From positions 398,773 through 462,772 of the forward strand of contig MU054122.1 of NCBI GenBank assembly GCA_013239625.1: 64,000 nt of DNA. The letters are read 5' to 3'. The first letter of the stretch is position 1. Each line of letters begins with the position of its first letter. This stretch comes from Lama guanicoe (Eukaryota). Shown here one piece after another: positions 50,656-63,690 of this stretch. Position numbers and translations under genes: made by a program. The notes beneath the pieces are model-generated. The model worked only from the letters and a program-made list of their open reading frames with translations, was not told the DNA's origin and searched no databases.

Positions 50656-52623
50656 ACCCCCAGGGCGAGCCGTGGGGCGGCGCTGTTTTTTGCCTTTTGC
50701 AACCACCGAAGGAGTGGCTGCGATGAGGGTAAGATTTCCCTAAAGGGCAAGAAAGACCTTGACGGATGAGTCAAACCGACGAGGGGAAGAGAGCCCACCG
50801 TTTCTCTCTGTCAGTTTGGCTTGTGCAGCAGGAATCGGAGCGAGCTCGTTCCTCTGCATTTGAGTGATTATCGGGTGCGGGCGTCCTCGGTCTGGGATGC
50901 TGACACACCCGGAGACGGGCGCGGGGACGGCGTGGAATTCAGAGATGCCCGCGTCGGGGCCCTCGGGCGTGGACTCGGCAAAACCAAACGGACCGTAACT
51001 GTCGTCATCATCCCCCCGTCCCCAAGACTAACCCTAAATAATCTGCTCATCTTTTGGGTTGTAGTTTTAACCGTCTCTCTGTGTTATTTTTATTTATTTA
51101 AAAGTACACTTTTTTTTTGCTTATGAGTCATATTCTGCTTATTTAATTACCAGCTTGCAAGCCTTACTAAGAGAGCCCAAGTTAGCTCCCTTTTTATATT
51201 TTTTTAAGAGGTTACTTTCAGCTGCATTATGAGAACTTGCAGTTCAGAGGGTCAGACTGACGCCCACGTCCAAAGACATGCCACCTGCTGACCCCGCGGG
51301 CAGACAGCCTGTCACGTGTCACATGGAAGGCTTGGGGCCACCAAGGGACGAGATCCAGAGACACTTTATCCGAAGAGTCTATTTCTGAGGAGGAGCAACT
51401 GAACCCCGGAGGTAAAGAATTATACCTTTTACCTGAACAGAAAAGGAAACCGATTTGTTCAAAACTCAGAAAACACACTTTCTCCTCAGGAGAACTGGGG
51501 ACCACTTTCTTACCTGTTGAAATAAACCAAAGTCGACTGTGTGAACCAAACGATCTCTTTTCAAAGCAGGGTGCTCTTCCTGGCCTCCAGCTTCCACGAG
51601 AAAAAAATGCAGAAAAACGTGTTTTGTAAAGTATCACTCCAGTTGATAGCGTCCAGTGGAAGGGAAGGTCCTGCCATATGTTCATCCACCCCCAACCCGG
51701 GGCAGAGTAACTCAATGATTTTTTAAATGAAGTGGGTCTGCTCAGTCACCAAGATGCTTCTTTTTGTTGCATTTATTAGTTTCCAACGATTTAAAACAAA
51801 TAAACACAGTTAATATTGAAAAAAAAAGGCTACTGATTTAAATGTTCATCAAAACATATTTTCACAGCAACAACTTGACTGGCATTTGGCCAAATATCTG
51901 GGTACCATGGCCCACCTAAATTGACACAAAAAATTGACCATCGCAGAGACACAATCACAATTGATTGTTTGGGTTTTGAAGTACACTCATAGACAAACAT
52001 TACATTTTGCTCTGCTGAGTCAAAATCCATCTCCACCACAAAGAAGCCACAGAGGAGAACAGAGCACTCTGGTGTGCAGTTTATCACCTCTGATAATTCG
52101 CACATGGTGCCACAGAGAGTTCACTGAAATCACCAAGGGCCATGTTTCAACAACCAAGTCAGGGCCAGGAAAGGTTCTGAGCTTTGAATTCAAAGCTGCT
52201 GAAATTCTGCCTTCTTGTCTCTGCTGAAATTGACTGAGAACAGGTATCATCTGTGTAACAATAAACCATATGGAGCTATGACAGTGTTGCTGCCATTGCA
52301 ACACAGCACATCTATTGTAACAGCGTTTCATTGGAAGCAAGACTTCATATAAGCTCAGGATGGAATCCCCCCACCTATTCATAAATGTATTTCTCCTCCT
52401 GAATTGAATCTTCCAGGATAATCTAAAAGACCCTCCATTGAATGCCCACTTGGGATAGAAGACTTTCAATAGCAAAGGGATTTCCTAATTATGAAGTAAT
52501 AGCTTCCTCTACTGGACTGGGGGAACCCAGGCCAAGGACCAAGGTCCAACGTCCAGAGAGAAAAGATAGGACTGAAATAATTGTAATGGTAATTCAATAT
52601 TTAATTTTCTGAAAGTTAACCTA

Positions 52624-53077
52624 GGTGGTGGCCACAGAGATGAGACTCTCAGATCCTCTTCAATAGAATGTGTTGAAGGAAGCCCTTGGCTGCCTCCCTG
52701 GGGACCCAGCAGGTGCCTATGCAGAGACCAACCCTCCCCCTGTGTGGTCCCCGCAGTGAGGGTGCCAGAGCTAGTTCATTTCTGCCTGATGTGGGTTTCC
52801 TCTAACATGAAGATTTTAAGACCCATCAGTCAGGTCAAGTCTTTCCCAGAACTGTGCTACAATCTGAGGCTCTTCCTACCCAATCTTCCTTCCTCCCCTC
52901 TTCCTTTCCTTCCGTCTCTCCTTTCACAGGTATCAGACCTGCATCACAGTCTGAAGTTATTCCCTCCTTCTCCTACTCTCTCCACCTTCATCCTTTCCTG
53001 GAGGTTCACCCAATAAATCTCTGGCATATCTAAGCTCACCCTGGGACCTACTTCTCAGAGAACCAGAACTGACCCAG
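52624..53077 (+). mobile_element. LTR16-like ERVL LTR
   Basis: CCTTTCACAGGTATCAGACCTGCATCACAGTCTGAAG..CAATAAATCTCTGGCATATCTAA..CTTCTCAGAGAACC. Confidence 0.7.
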
Positions 53078-54151
53078 CCTATTTACATTCTGTTGCTTTT
53101 GTGATGCTGCTGTCTAGGAGGCAATCATTGCCATGGCAACATCCCTTATTAGCGCTATCTAGTAGGATCATACATCCTGGTTTGCTCAAGGCAGTCCCAG
53201 TTTATACCTGCAGACAAACAATTACTGATAGCTCCCTGTATATTCTCAAAGACTCCCATTTTAGATAACAAATCATACGGTTACCCCAGCTATAGCTTAT
53301 ATTTAAAGATTAGTCCAATAGAATGTTTCCCTAAGCAGATTTTGCAGAACACAACTCTTAGAAGATGCTCTAGGGAAAAGAGTTCCCTGGACAAATAAAC
53401 TTGGGAAACTTCCTTGTAAGTTCACCATCCATGATAAGTGTGGTAAAAATCTTAGAGAGGTTCTTCAGTAGGAAACCTCATTAACTTTGCTTGACTCAAA
53501 GTTTTCCCAAGCTTATTTGCCCATACAACATTTTTACCTTGAATCCCTAATACCAGCGAGTGAACCACTGCCAAGATTGAATTCTCTCTACTGAAAACAG
53601 CTCAAAATGTTAGGAGGTTCAGAGCGCAGCAGCTGGGTCACTTAGAGGTATTGGCTTGATGCAGGAGACAACTGGGCCCCCCGTCTGTCCTGGCTCTAGA
53701 CTCACCTCTGAGTACAATTCCCATTAACAACTGTGATCCGCAAAGGCATTTGGCCCTTAGTTAAGTGAAGTCATTTGGATCTAAATGCTGCTTTTAATGG
53801 CTTCTAATTTTACTCATAACAATTTTCAGTCATAAAAATCCTCATTTTTAGTCCCAAATTGGGAATTTTGTGAGCAAATCACTTGATCCAGGTTACTAAG
53901 GTGATTTTAAAGAGCCTTTTCCATCTGGCTAGTTCTCCTGCTCCCAGCCCTGCCAAAACCATGCCATAATGCAGAGGTCGGCTGCTTCCCCATTTCATGC
54001 ACATCTGTCTCTTGGTTCACTCTCTTGTATTACATGCATGCGTATCTGTTCTTTAAGACCATATGTAAGTCCTTTAAGGCCAACATCATGCTACAGACAG
54101 CTGCATACTCCTTACATATTTAGGTAAAACACTCTGTGCCTAGCAGTTAAT

Positions 54152-54325
54152 TGAAAGAAAGAAATAATGAAAGAAAGAGAATGAAAGGAAGGAAGGGAGG
54201 GAGAAAGGAAGGAAAGGAGGGAAGGAGGGAGGGAGGGGGAGAGAGAGAAGGAGAGGGAGAGGGAGGGAGGGAAAGGGAGGGAGAGAGAAAGAAAGAAAAA
54301 AGAAACAAGAGAAAGAAAGAAAATT
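54152..54325. repeat. GA-rich (GGAA/GGGA/GAAA) simple repeat
   Basis: Near-pure purine tract following an L2-like tail. Confidence 0.9.
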
Positions 54326-55039
54326 ATTAAAGATGGCATTATGTGTGTACTAAAAGACTAATTTGACACTTCATCAAAAATAGTGCTTACATTCCGTTGA
54401 TGCTCCAAGATACTTTACATGGTATAATGACATATTTTTCTCAAGAGTTAATAAAATAAGGAGTACAGGGAAATGAGGGAAATGTATAAAGTGCTATGTC
54501 CGCTGTGTTTTTAAGGAAACTTGATTCAATTCATTTCAGCCTGTGTCATCTTTTGCAATTTCCCGACCAACTGAACTAGACACCAGCTGCAAATTAGGTT
54601 GAAAGCTGTACTCAGTACTCTCGATACATAGGAAAGAAAAAGTGCCTACATGATAATAATACTGATAATGATAATGATAGTGATAATGATAATTCCTTAG
54701 GTAAGGATACAATTCTTTTGTTACTCTATAAATACCAAAACCTTTGTTTTTAAAATACAATATCAAATTCACTGATTTGAAGAAAGCATACTAGTCTATT
54801 ATATTATTATTATACTTTTTATTCTGGGTCCTAAATTATTCAATGGGATAAAATAGAACATCTCATTCATGCTAAATATTGGTCCATTAAAATAGAAATT
54901 ATAAAAACTGAAGAGCTTGTTAAGTTCTAATTATCAATTTCATTTCTGTCTTTAAATGTCTTTAGAAATTTGGAGAAATTATTTAAAACAGTATAATTTT
55001 TCATATATTTCTGATTAGACTTAAAAGAATATGCCTTAA

Positions 55040-55550
55040 CCCAAAAAGATACATGCAACCTAGTTTTCATAGCAGCATTATTTACAATTTTCAAGGTATG
55101 GAAGCAACCTAAGGAAGCTGAATGGATAAAGATGATGTGTTATATATACATATATATATATATATGTATATATATACATACACACACAATGGAATACTAC
55201 TCAGTCATTAAAAAGTACAAAATGTTGCCATCTGCAACAACGTGGATGGACTTGGAGGGCATTATGCTAAGTGAGATAAGTCAGAGAGAGAAAGACAAAT
55301 ACTGTATGCTATCACTTATATGTAGACTCTAAAAAATACAACAAGCAAGTGAATAAAACAAAAAAGAAGCAGACTCACAAATTTAGGGAAGAAACCAGTG
55401 TTTACCAGTGGGGAGATGGTAGGGGGAGGGGAAGTAAAGGGGTAGAGAAAAAAGGGTTACTATGGGATTATATGAAATCGTGTGTGTGAAACTTTTGAAA
55501 ATTGTAAAGCACTATAGAATTTAAAGAATCTTTCATTTAATTAGAAAAAT
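55040..55550 (+). mobile_element. 5'-truncated L1 3' end with an internal (TA)n/(CA)n microsatellite
   Basis: ORF 55132-55332 (MEYYSVIKK..SATTWMDLEGIMLSEISQ) is the ORF2p end; TSD-like ATATGCC(T/C)TAA on both sides. Confidence 0.88.
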
Positions 55551-56169
55551 ATATATGCCCTAAACAAGATAATGGTGATACAGTTATACAGAATCAACTA
55601 AACACAAAATTATTTTGTTTAGCAGAAAATAAGCAATTTGACTACTGGTGAGAAATGATGTCTGTCTGGTAACCTCTGACCTAGCTTTCTGAACTTCCCT
55701 TAAAATATACTATGCAACAACAGAAGAAAATAAAAACCAATACTGCTAGAAAAATCTAGTACAGAAGATAATTTCAACATCATATAAATCCAATGGAAAC
55801 AAACAGAAGGAGCCTGATCTACTGAATGGAATAAGGAATAAGGAAAGATTCTTTATTTCTGCCTCAGGATCATTTCCCAGGTCTGATAATAGAAGATCTC
55901 ATCCATGGAGAAGGGCAGAAGCTGCTACTCTTCTGCTGGAGATACTCAGAATGCTTTCAGTCTTTCATCACCTTTACTGAACCACCTGCCCAATGTCTTC
56001 AGTTCCTCCCTTCCAAAATCCAGTAGGAGGCCATAATCATCAGGGACTCAACTGGGCAGAAAAGTAGTGGAGGTCTGCCAGTGGTATTTTTTCATTCTAG
56101 AAAATTTGCCCAGATTGGGTCAAAACCAAGCCATTAGCACCAATACCCCCTCACTCCAAACTGTCTACT

Positions 56170-57045
56170 TGATGTTACTACACCTGGCAGCCCCTCTGAC
56201 ATCCTAAATCCAGAGTGAGCTTAAAATTTTCGCCCTCAAGTCTGCCATCCCTCCAATGTGTCCTCTCCCAATAAAAGGTGAAACCATCCACTCCATTAGT
56301 TATCCGAGAAAGTCGGCAGCAATTTTTGATCCCTCCCTCTCCTGCATCCACATCCAAGTCTGTCAGTTCTGTGTCTTCAAAATTTCTTGAAGGTGTCCGC
56401 TGTTGCCCATCACCACCAGTGCCCTACATCCAGCTGTCACCCTCCCTTCCCTTTGCAGTGGCCTCCAAAGACCCTCCTCACTGCCATGCCCCCACCCTCC
56501 CTATGCCAGTTTCCACAGAGCATCCAGAGTGATGCTCTCAACTGCTCAACCAATCACAGCACTACGCTGCCTGAAACCCTTTAGGGGCTTCCCACTTGTT
56601 TTAAGAAAACATCCCAAATCCTCAACAAAGTCTTTGTGATCTGCATGGCCTTCTGCACTTGGCTTTCCCTACCATAGACTTCTTTGAGTCCAACTGCTCT
56701 GAGCTCTTTCTTGCTTCAGAAGCTTTGCATATTCTGTTTCCTCTGCTGAAACAGTTTTATTTCCACCCAATATGAAGCTAACTCTAAATCATTCTTTATG
56801 GCCTCAGCTTGAGATTTCCGCAACTTCACAAACCCTCAGTTCTAAGACAGAGGCCCCCTTATACGTCATGTCCTGCATTTTTCTTTCAGATCACAAGTGT
56901 TACTAGAAGTTATCCATGAAATGATTTGTTTAATATGCATTTCAAAACCAGTCTTCAGATATTCCTGTCACAGACGCATCTCCAGTGCTTATAGTGACTA
57001 CACATAGGAAGACCTTAGTATTTGTCAACAAAAATGAATGAATAT
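56170..57045 (+). mobile_element. L2 3' region remnant
   Basis: CCACAGAGCATCCAGAGTGAT..CTGAAACCCTTTAGGGGCTTCCCA..AATGAATGAA tail. Confidence 0.7.
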
Positions 57046-57362
57046 GCTATTTTCAAGAAGCCCATATAAGTAAAATAACAAAAGAATAGGCAAAGACAGC
57101 ATTTTTGTTAAAAAGTAAATGTAAAATCATTCAAGGACCAGAACATATTCCCAACTGCAGTGCCTCCCCTTTCATATTAAACTGAATTATTTTATCTAAA
57201 TTTAGCTTGCAAAAGTGTAATGTTTTATTTTAAAAGTGCAAATTAGCATTTTAATACATAATGATATGTGATCTCTAGTAATCAGGTAATAATATAAAAA
57301 CTATTTGATTTATTTATATAATACTAGATTGAATGCCATCTGGATTGAATAAGGGAGTACAG

Positions 57363-57892
57363 TGTGATGGTTAATTATGTGTCAACTTGACTGGGCCACG
57401 TGGTGCCCAGATGTTCAGTCAAACATCATCATGTTTCTGTGAGGGTGTTTCTGGTGAGATTAACATTTAACCGGGTTGACTGAGTACAGCAGATTGTTCT
57501 CTCTGGTGTGGGTGGGCCTGATCCAATCAGTTGAAGGGCTGAATAGAACAAAAAGGCTGACCTTCCCCCGAGTAAGAGAGAATTTCTCCTCACTAGAATT
57601 CAGACATCAGCTCTTTTCTGCCTTTGGGTCAGACTCAAGCATCAGCTCTTCCTGGTCCCAAGTCTGCCAGCCTTGAGACGAGATACTCCATCAATTCTGC
57701 CGGTTCTTAGGCCTTGGGTCTCAGACTGGAACTACACCACTGACTCTCTCAGGCACTCAGCTTGCTAACTCACCCTGCAGAGCTTGGAACTTGTCTGCCT
57801 CTATAATCACATGAGCCAATTTCTTACATCTCTTTATACACGCATATCTGCGTCCTGTTTTTCTGTTTCTCTGCAGAATCCCAGTATGTGCA
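57363..57892 (+). mobile_element. MLT2 (ERVL) solo LTR
   Basis: Starts TGTGATGGTTAATTATGTGTCAACTTGACTGGGCCA; contains GGGTGGGCCTGATCCAATCAGTTGAAGG. Confidence 0.88.
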
Positions 57893-58289
57893 GGTGCCAG
57901 TGAAACCAGCCAGGCAAGAGAAATAGTAAATAAGAGGACTATCGTGGAACTACTAAAGCATCATCCTCAAGTGAGCGCTCTGGGAGCACAGAGGGCACAG
58001 TTAACTCAGGCTTCCCGAACTGCCTGGGAAGGCTGGAGAGGGGCCAGACTGTGCTAGGCCAGTGAGGGCACAAATGAATGAAATAAGATCTTCAGTGTGA
58101 CCTGATCTGTACTCAGAGCCCTGGGGAAATTGACATTTCCGATGTGAAATACCTGGTGCATCATAGCTTAATAAACTTTGATGTTACCACTTTTTAATAT
58201 AACCCCAGTGGTTCCATTTTAACTGGAAAAGGCTAATAACCAGATATTTACACCTAAGTTTCTCTTTATATTGTCCTCCGATCATATTT

Positions 58290-58458
58290 TCAGACTTTAC
58301 TTTAAGAAACAGCTGAAGAGGTTGTAAAACCCTAACTCCTGGGCCCATCCGCTGGAAACCTTAACAGACCTGGGGCGGGACCCAGGAATCAGCATTTCAA
58401 AAAGGTCGTAGGAGTTCCGGATACAGGTAGTGCACTGACCACAGTCTGAAAAACACTG
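58290..58458. mobile_element. MER5A-like hAT MITE
   Basis: GGGGCGGGACCCAGGAATCAGCATTT..GACCACAGTCTGAAAAACACTG. Confidence 0.65.
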
Positions 58459-59621
58459 ATGTAGAACCAATAAATAGTCCTGTGATAACCACGCCACACA
58501 CTGGACATTGTGACGTCAAACTGTAAATAAAATAACCTTCCAGAAAAGTCATAAAACTCTGAGGGATGGAGTCCTTAGCAATTTTCTTTCATCCTTTTTC
58601 TATGCTTCATGACTTTTATGTTGAGATGCAGGTTTTTAAAATCAGAAAGCAATGTTTTAAAAACAATTAGAATGCGCTCTATTGCTTTTCATTAAAAGCT
58701 TTTAGTTTGGGGTCCGCTCACGTTAAAGATGAAACACTGAAAATACTGAAAGGAAAAAACACAGATATCAGAGGGGGTTCTACTCTTTGGTGGAGAATGA
58801 GGTTTTTTTTTTCCTTCTTTTACTTCCAGCATGTCATTCCCTTTTTTTTCGTTGTTGGAAGAACATGAATTTTATTTTTTAAATAAAATAAGAACGTTTT
58901 CTACTCAAAAAATTATCTACCTTTCTCAAACTATTTCATAAAGTTCCAACAGAAATAATACCAAGTCCTCATCACAGATCCTGCTCAGACACTGAAAATA
59001 AACCGAGGCAAACTGGGTAGGCTGTGAAATCATTTTTCTTTCTGTGGGTCTCCAACTTCCCCTTTTTGTTACTTTCTCCATCTCGCACTGGCATTAAGTG
59101 CCTCCACTCCACCCCAATTTTTTAAGCCTGGTCTTTTCCTATTTTTAAATCCCCTTCTCCTATCCAAACAGACATAACAATGAGCATTATCTCATTTTCA
59201 TCTTGAACTTAATCAAACTCAAGTACTGATTCTCTCATAGAGCCACTTGTACCCAGAGAAATCCCACCTGCCCTGACCCCCTCACCTTATCACTTCTTTG
59301 CTTCCTTTGGTGAAAGAACCAGGGGCCCAGAACTTCACCCCTCCCAACTTCGACACTCACAGCCCGGCTGCTACTGTCACCCTGAGGCCACAGCATTAAT
59401 CCCACTTTCCCCTTTGTCTCTTGTTTAATCCAGAAGCAGCCCCAGACTGCCACGTCACCCTTTACACCCTGTATTGTAATAATCCTACAGTTCTGCAGAT
59501 TTCCTATGCTGTCCTCTCCTCCTGCACTCCCTTAGCTCCTAAAACCCCTTCCACTATGCTCTTTGGAGCTTATGGTCCATTCATCAGCAAAATCCACTCA
59601 ACTGCAGTCTATCTCTAAACA

Positions 59622-60195
59622 CAGTCAGTTCCGTGGTAACACAACAAAAATCACTGGGCTTTTTAAAAATCACCCTGTAAAAGCCACTGAGCTTATGGGG
59701 AAAACAGCACAGAAGCAGAACATTCAAAAACTCCATCAGTGACATATTAGAAAAAATGTAGGAATTGAATCAAAACAGTACTACAATTTTACACACGTTT
59801 AATGGTTAAGAAAGACATAAACATGACAATAAATATGGCATTTTACCTAGAAAAAACCTGCATGTGTTCATGGAAGTTGCAGCTTGTTGGGTGGCAGGAG
59901 GGTCAGCTGAAATCAGAGGGCATTTGTAACACCGGTTGTGGTTGGGTAGGGCTCACACAACACATGCAGTAAACTGAGGCTGGTGGTAGCTGTTTGAGGA
60001 CTGTGTATTCTCTGTGTGCCTTAGATTCCCCACTCAGCCTGGCGAGGGCTTCTGTGTTTCACTTAGAATTTCTCACTGATGAAGTTGCATCCAAGTAAAC
60101 ACAAAATTTGCCTTATGCTCAAATTGTTCTCTAATACGTCAACCGTGTTGAAACAAATTCAGATGCCAGAGCAAGTGTTATAGGAGAAATGGCTG
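59622..60195. mobile_element. Tc1/mariner-type (Tigger/Kanga-like) non-autonomous element nested in an L2 remnant
   Basis: Imperfect TIRs CAGTCAGTTCCGTGGTAACAC / GTGTTATAGGAGAAATGGCTG followed by TA; CT-rich L2-like sequence on both sides. Confidence 0.5.
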
Positions 60196-60485
60196 TAGTT
60201 CATTCTCCCTCAGATCCCCAAACCTGACTTTACCCAGAGGATGCTGTGTCTTCTCCAGCCCTTCCAAGTCATCACCATTTTAACACAGCCTCTAGTTCTT
60301 GTACCACTGGACCTACAGATGGGTTAAGTGTCCTTTTTGCTCCTCATTGCTACGTCCAGAGTATTCCTTCTCTTCTCACTTCACTTGAACACCTCTTCCT
60401 TATTGATCTTTTCATGTTCATTACCTCTGTCACTTCAACTGTCGTAACTCTAGGACCTTCTCATTACCAGTAATTGAATATCCCA

Positions 60486-60960
60486 TGTGTTAGACAGGGT
60501 TATCCAGAGAAACAGAACCAACAGGAGATAGAGAGAGAGAGAGAGATAATGTGTGTGTATATCTAGAGAGAGATCAATTTATTATGAGGAAATGACTCAC
60601 ATGATTAGGGAGGTTGACAGGTCCCACAATCTGCTGTCTGCAAGCTAAAGACTCAAGAAAGCTGATGGTTTAGGTCAGTCCAAGTTCAAAGATCTGAGAA
60701 CCAGAAGACCTAACAATGTATTTCCCAGTTCGAGGGAGGAGAAGACCCACGTCTCAGTTTACACAATCAGGCAGAGGGAGGGCGATGCCAACCTTCCCCT
60801 GCCTTTTGCTGTTTTGGGGCCCCTGGTGGACTGAATGATGCTTACCTGCATTGGGTCACCTGCACCAGCAGGGGCAATCTGCTTTACTGAGTCCAGTGAC
60901 TCAAACGCTAACCTCACACAGAGGCACTCTCATAGACACACCCAAAAGTAATGTTTAAAC
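60486..60960 (-). mobile_element. MLT2 (ERVL) LTR
   Basis: TGTGTTAGACAGGGTTATCCAGAGAAACAGAACCAACAGGA..AATCTGCTTTACTGAGTCC. Confidence 0.8.
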
Positions 60961-61478
60961 GTGATTTAATGTCACTTAAAAATATGATTTAGAAAGTAGC
61001 CAGGTAAGCTCCTGTGTTAGTACAGTTATGCATTCAATAACACATTTGGTGGTGTGGACGTATTTTAAACGTCCTCATTATACAAATATTCTTTTACAAG
61101 CTGGCTGTAAATCAGAACAAAAAATGAAATGTAAATAGCATAAGATATAAGTTTGTAGACACTATATTATGAAAAAGAGAAATGCTCACCCTCAGACTTG
61201 TGGTGGGGATACTGGGGTAGAAAGGTGAGAAGATGCTAGGATTAAACACATTGGCTGGTACAGTGGATCAGAATTTGGAGGATCTCCAGACACAGAACTA
61301 GCTGCTCCTGCCAGCTTCAACAATAACGCGGAGTAAACAGCACCTCGGAGAAGATGAAAATGGGGCTGGAGGGCAGGGAGCAATCTGTTAAGAGTTAGAT
61401 TCTAAAGCCTTGATCTCATTTGCAAGACAACAAGTGTCAGCAGCAAAATGAAAGCAAGTAAAACAGAAATGCAGTCTT

Positions 61479-61784
61479 TTTTAATAATTTTTTCTTTTGT
61501 GGGGGAGGTAATTAGGTTTATTAATTTATTCATTTATGTTTGTGTTGATTTTGGTTTTGGGGGGATAAATAGTTTTATTTATTTATTTATTTGTTTATTT
61601 ATTTATTTATTTATTTAAATGGAAGTACAAGAGATTGAACCTAGGACCTTGTGCACACTAAGCATGCATTCTACCACTTAAGCTATTATTTATTCATTAA
61701 TGTTTTAATGGAGGTACTGGGGATTGAACCCAGTACCTTGTGCATGCTAAGCAGGCGCTCTACCACTGAGCTATACCCTACTCC
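61479..61784 (-). mobile_element. Composite/dimeric Vic-1-type SINE
   Basis: Two tRNA-like heads (~61620-61685 and ~61709-61784) plus tails, inside one TSD CAG(A/C)AATGCA(G/A)TCTT. Confidence 0.8.
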
Positions 61785-61899
61785 CAGCAATGCAATCTTG
61801 ATCCTGCTCACTGACTACTGAGAAAAGAGCTCAACCTCTAACCCTAAAGGGTAAGACATTTTTGGGAAAAAAAATTATTATCTACTTCAGTCTCTAATG

Positions 61900-63690
61900 C
61901 TCTTTTTGTAACGTAATGAGAACTGAAAGTTACAGATGTGAAGAGAAGCTTGAAAAAGTGCCTTTAAGTCCATAGAAGAAAAAAAAAAAAAGATCACTGG
62001 AAGCAGGCCCACAGATGACCCAGAGGCTGGAATTAGAGACAAGGATTTTAAGAGAATGATCATAAATATGTTAAAGACTGAAAAGGAATGGTGCACAAAA
62101 TAAGGGGAAGTGCTGAGAATTGGGGGGTATTCTCATTCTAAGATGGAAAGCCTTGAAAAAGAATCAAATAGAAATTCTATAATAAAAAATATAATATCTA
62201 AAATGAAAAATTCACTGGGAGAGCTTAGTGACAAGTCTGACACACAAAAGAGAGAATAAATGCTCTTGAACGGGTCAAGAGAAATTATCCAATCTAAAGC
62301 ATATTGGGGAAAAAAAAAAGTGAAAACAGAACAGATCACTAGAGGATTGTGGAACAATATGTAATTGGAGTCCCAGAAAGAGAACAGAGAAAATTATAGG
62401 GCAGAGCTAGCTATGTGTGAAGAGATAATGGTAGAGAGCTTTTCAAAAGTGAAGGAAGCAATCAACCTACAGATTCAAGAATCTCTGAGACCCCCAAATA
62501 AAAATTGTTCAAATAGAAGAAAGAACATTGTACCTACGCATATAATAGCCAAACTGTTGAAAACCACAACAGAAAGAAAACCAAACAGAGAGAAAAACTT
62601 AATAACATCCAGATAAAAAGAATACTCTGCATCTCAGAAAACCACTTCTATTCAGAAACAATGAAAGCTAGAAGATAAAGGAATGACATTTTAACATGCT
62701 GCAAGGGAAAAAAAATTGTCAACTTAGATTGTTACACTCAGTGAAAATGTCCTTCAAACTGTAGGCAAAATAAGCAAATTTTTAGACAAACAAAATCTGA
62801 GAATTCATCACCTACAGTGCAAGAAAAACTAAAGAAATTCCTTTGAGTTGAAGGCAAATGATCTTGAATAAAAGCCTAGAAGGAATGAAAAGCATCAGGA
62901 AAGATAAATATGTAAGTAAGATGTAACAGGTCATCTTGAATGCTTTATTATTATTATTATTTTTGACGGGGGAGGTAATTAGCTTTATCTATGTATTCAT
63001 TTTTTACTGGAGGTACTGAGTTAATGTTTTCAACTTTTCTTTGAAGTCCTTTTAAAGCAACCATAACTATACGGCATTATAGGATTTTTAACATGTGGAA
63101 AAATTAAATATATGAAAATAATTCCATAAGAGTCAAAAAGGGAAGTGACACAGTTCTCAAAAGTGTTTTACATTGTCTAGTAAGTGGCATTGCAGATGGA
63201 TTTTGATATGTTTGGTTTGCAAAGTTTGCATTTTATAACCCCTGTGTATCTACTAAAAATAATTCAAAGAGGTGTAACTAAAAGCCAGTCAAGAAGATAA
63301 AATGTAATACTAGAAACTACTTGATTAATCTAAAAGAAGACAAGGAACAAAGGAACAAAGGGCAAAAGGAACAAATAGAATACAAGAAGATGGCGTAACT
63401 GCATCAGAAGTTAAATGCCAATCGACTAAATGTTCCAGTTAAAGTAAGAAACAGTCAAACTAGACAAAAGAACAAGGTTCAGCCTTTGTGACTGACAAGA
63501 CACAATTTACACATAAGATAGGTTCATAGCAGAAGAATAGAAAAATGCCTTGCATACACAAGGCATAAAAAAAGATTCGGTGCTTATTTTAATATCGGAT
63601 AAAGTAGACTTCAAGACAGAGATGAGGAGACTATTTGATGATGATAAATGGGTTGATTCATCAAGAAGACAAGACAACACTTTGACCAGT
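61900..63690 (+). mobile_element. Ancient L1 ORF1 and ORF2 endonuclease remnant, with a truncated SINE at ~62945-63020
   Basis: ORF 62365-62616 (EEIMVESFSKV..INLQIQES.R.PNK..PTHIIAKLLKT) is ORF1p; GATAAAGTAGACTTCAAGACA..ATTCATCAAGAAGAC is the EN domain. Confidence 0.8.

Larger units (their letters stand above)
48505..51827 (+). pseudogene. CSGALNACT1: Processed (retrotransposed) pseudogene of chondroitin sulfate N-acetylgalactosaminyltransferase 1, with 5'UTR, CDS, 3'UTR and poly(A)
   Basis: Translations match CSGALNACT1 throughout: [136 protein letters not shown]. No introns. AATAAA 51799-51804, A9 51819-51827, TSD AAGTCTACTGATT 48492-48504 / AAGGCTACTGATT 51826-51838. Confidence 0.96.
48148..51945 (-). 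mobile_element. MLT2 (ERVL) solo LTR split by the retrocopy (48148-48504 and 51826-51945)
   Basis: Begins TGTATTAAGCAGGGGTCTCC..AAACAGGACCAATAGG and ends AAATTGACACAAAAAATTGACCATCGCA, the reverse complement of MLT2 termini. Flanks GAGGC/GAGAC look like a 5-bp TSD. Confidence 0.85.

Noticed and set aside
48438..50798. Long overlapping antisense and alternative-frame ORFs (e.g. 49364-49936, 50215-50706, 48789-49244)
   Set aside because: Expected by-products of GC-rich, codon-biased sequence; no recognisable protein similarity.
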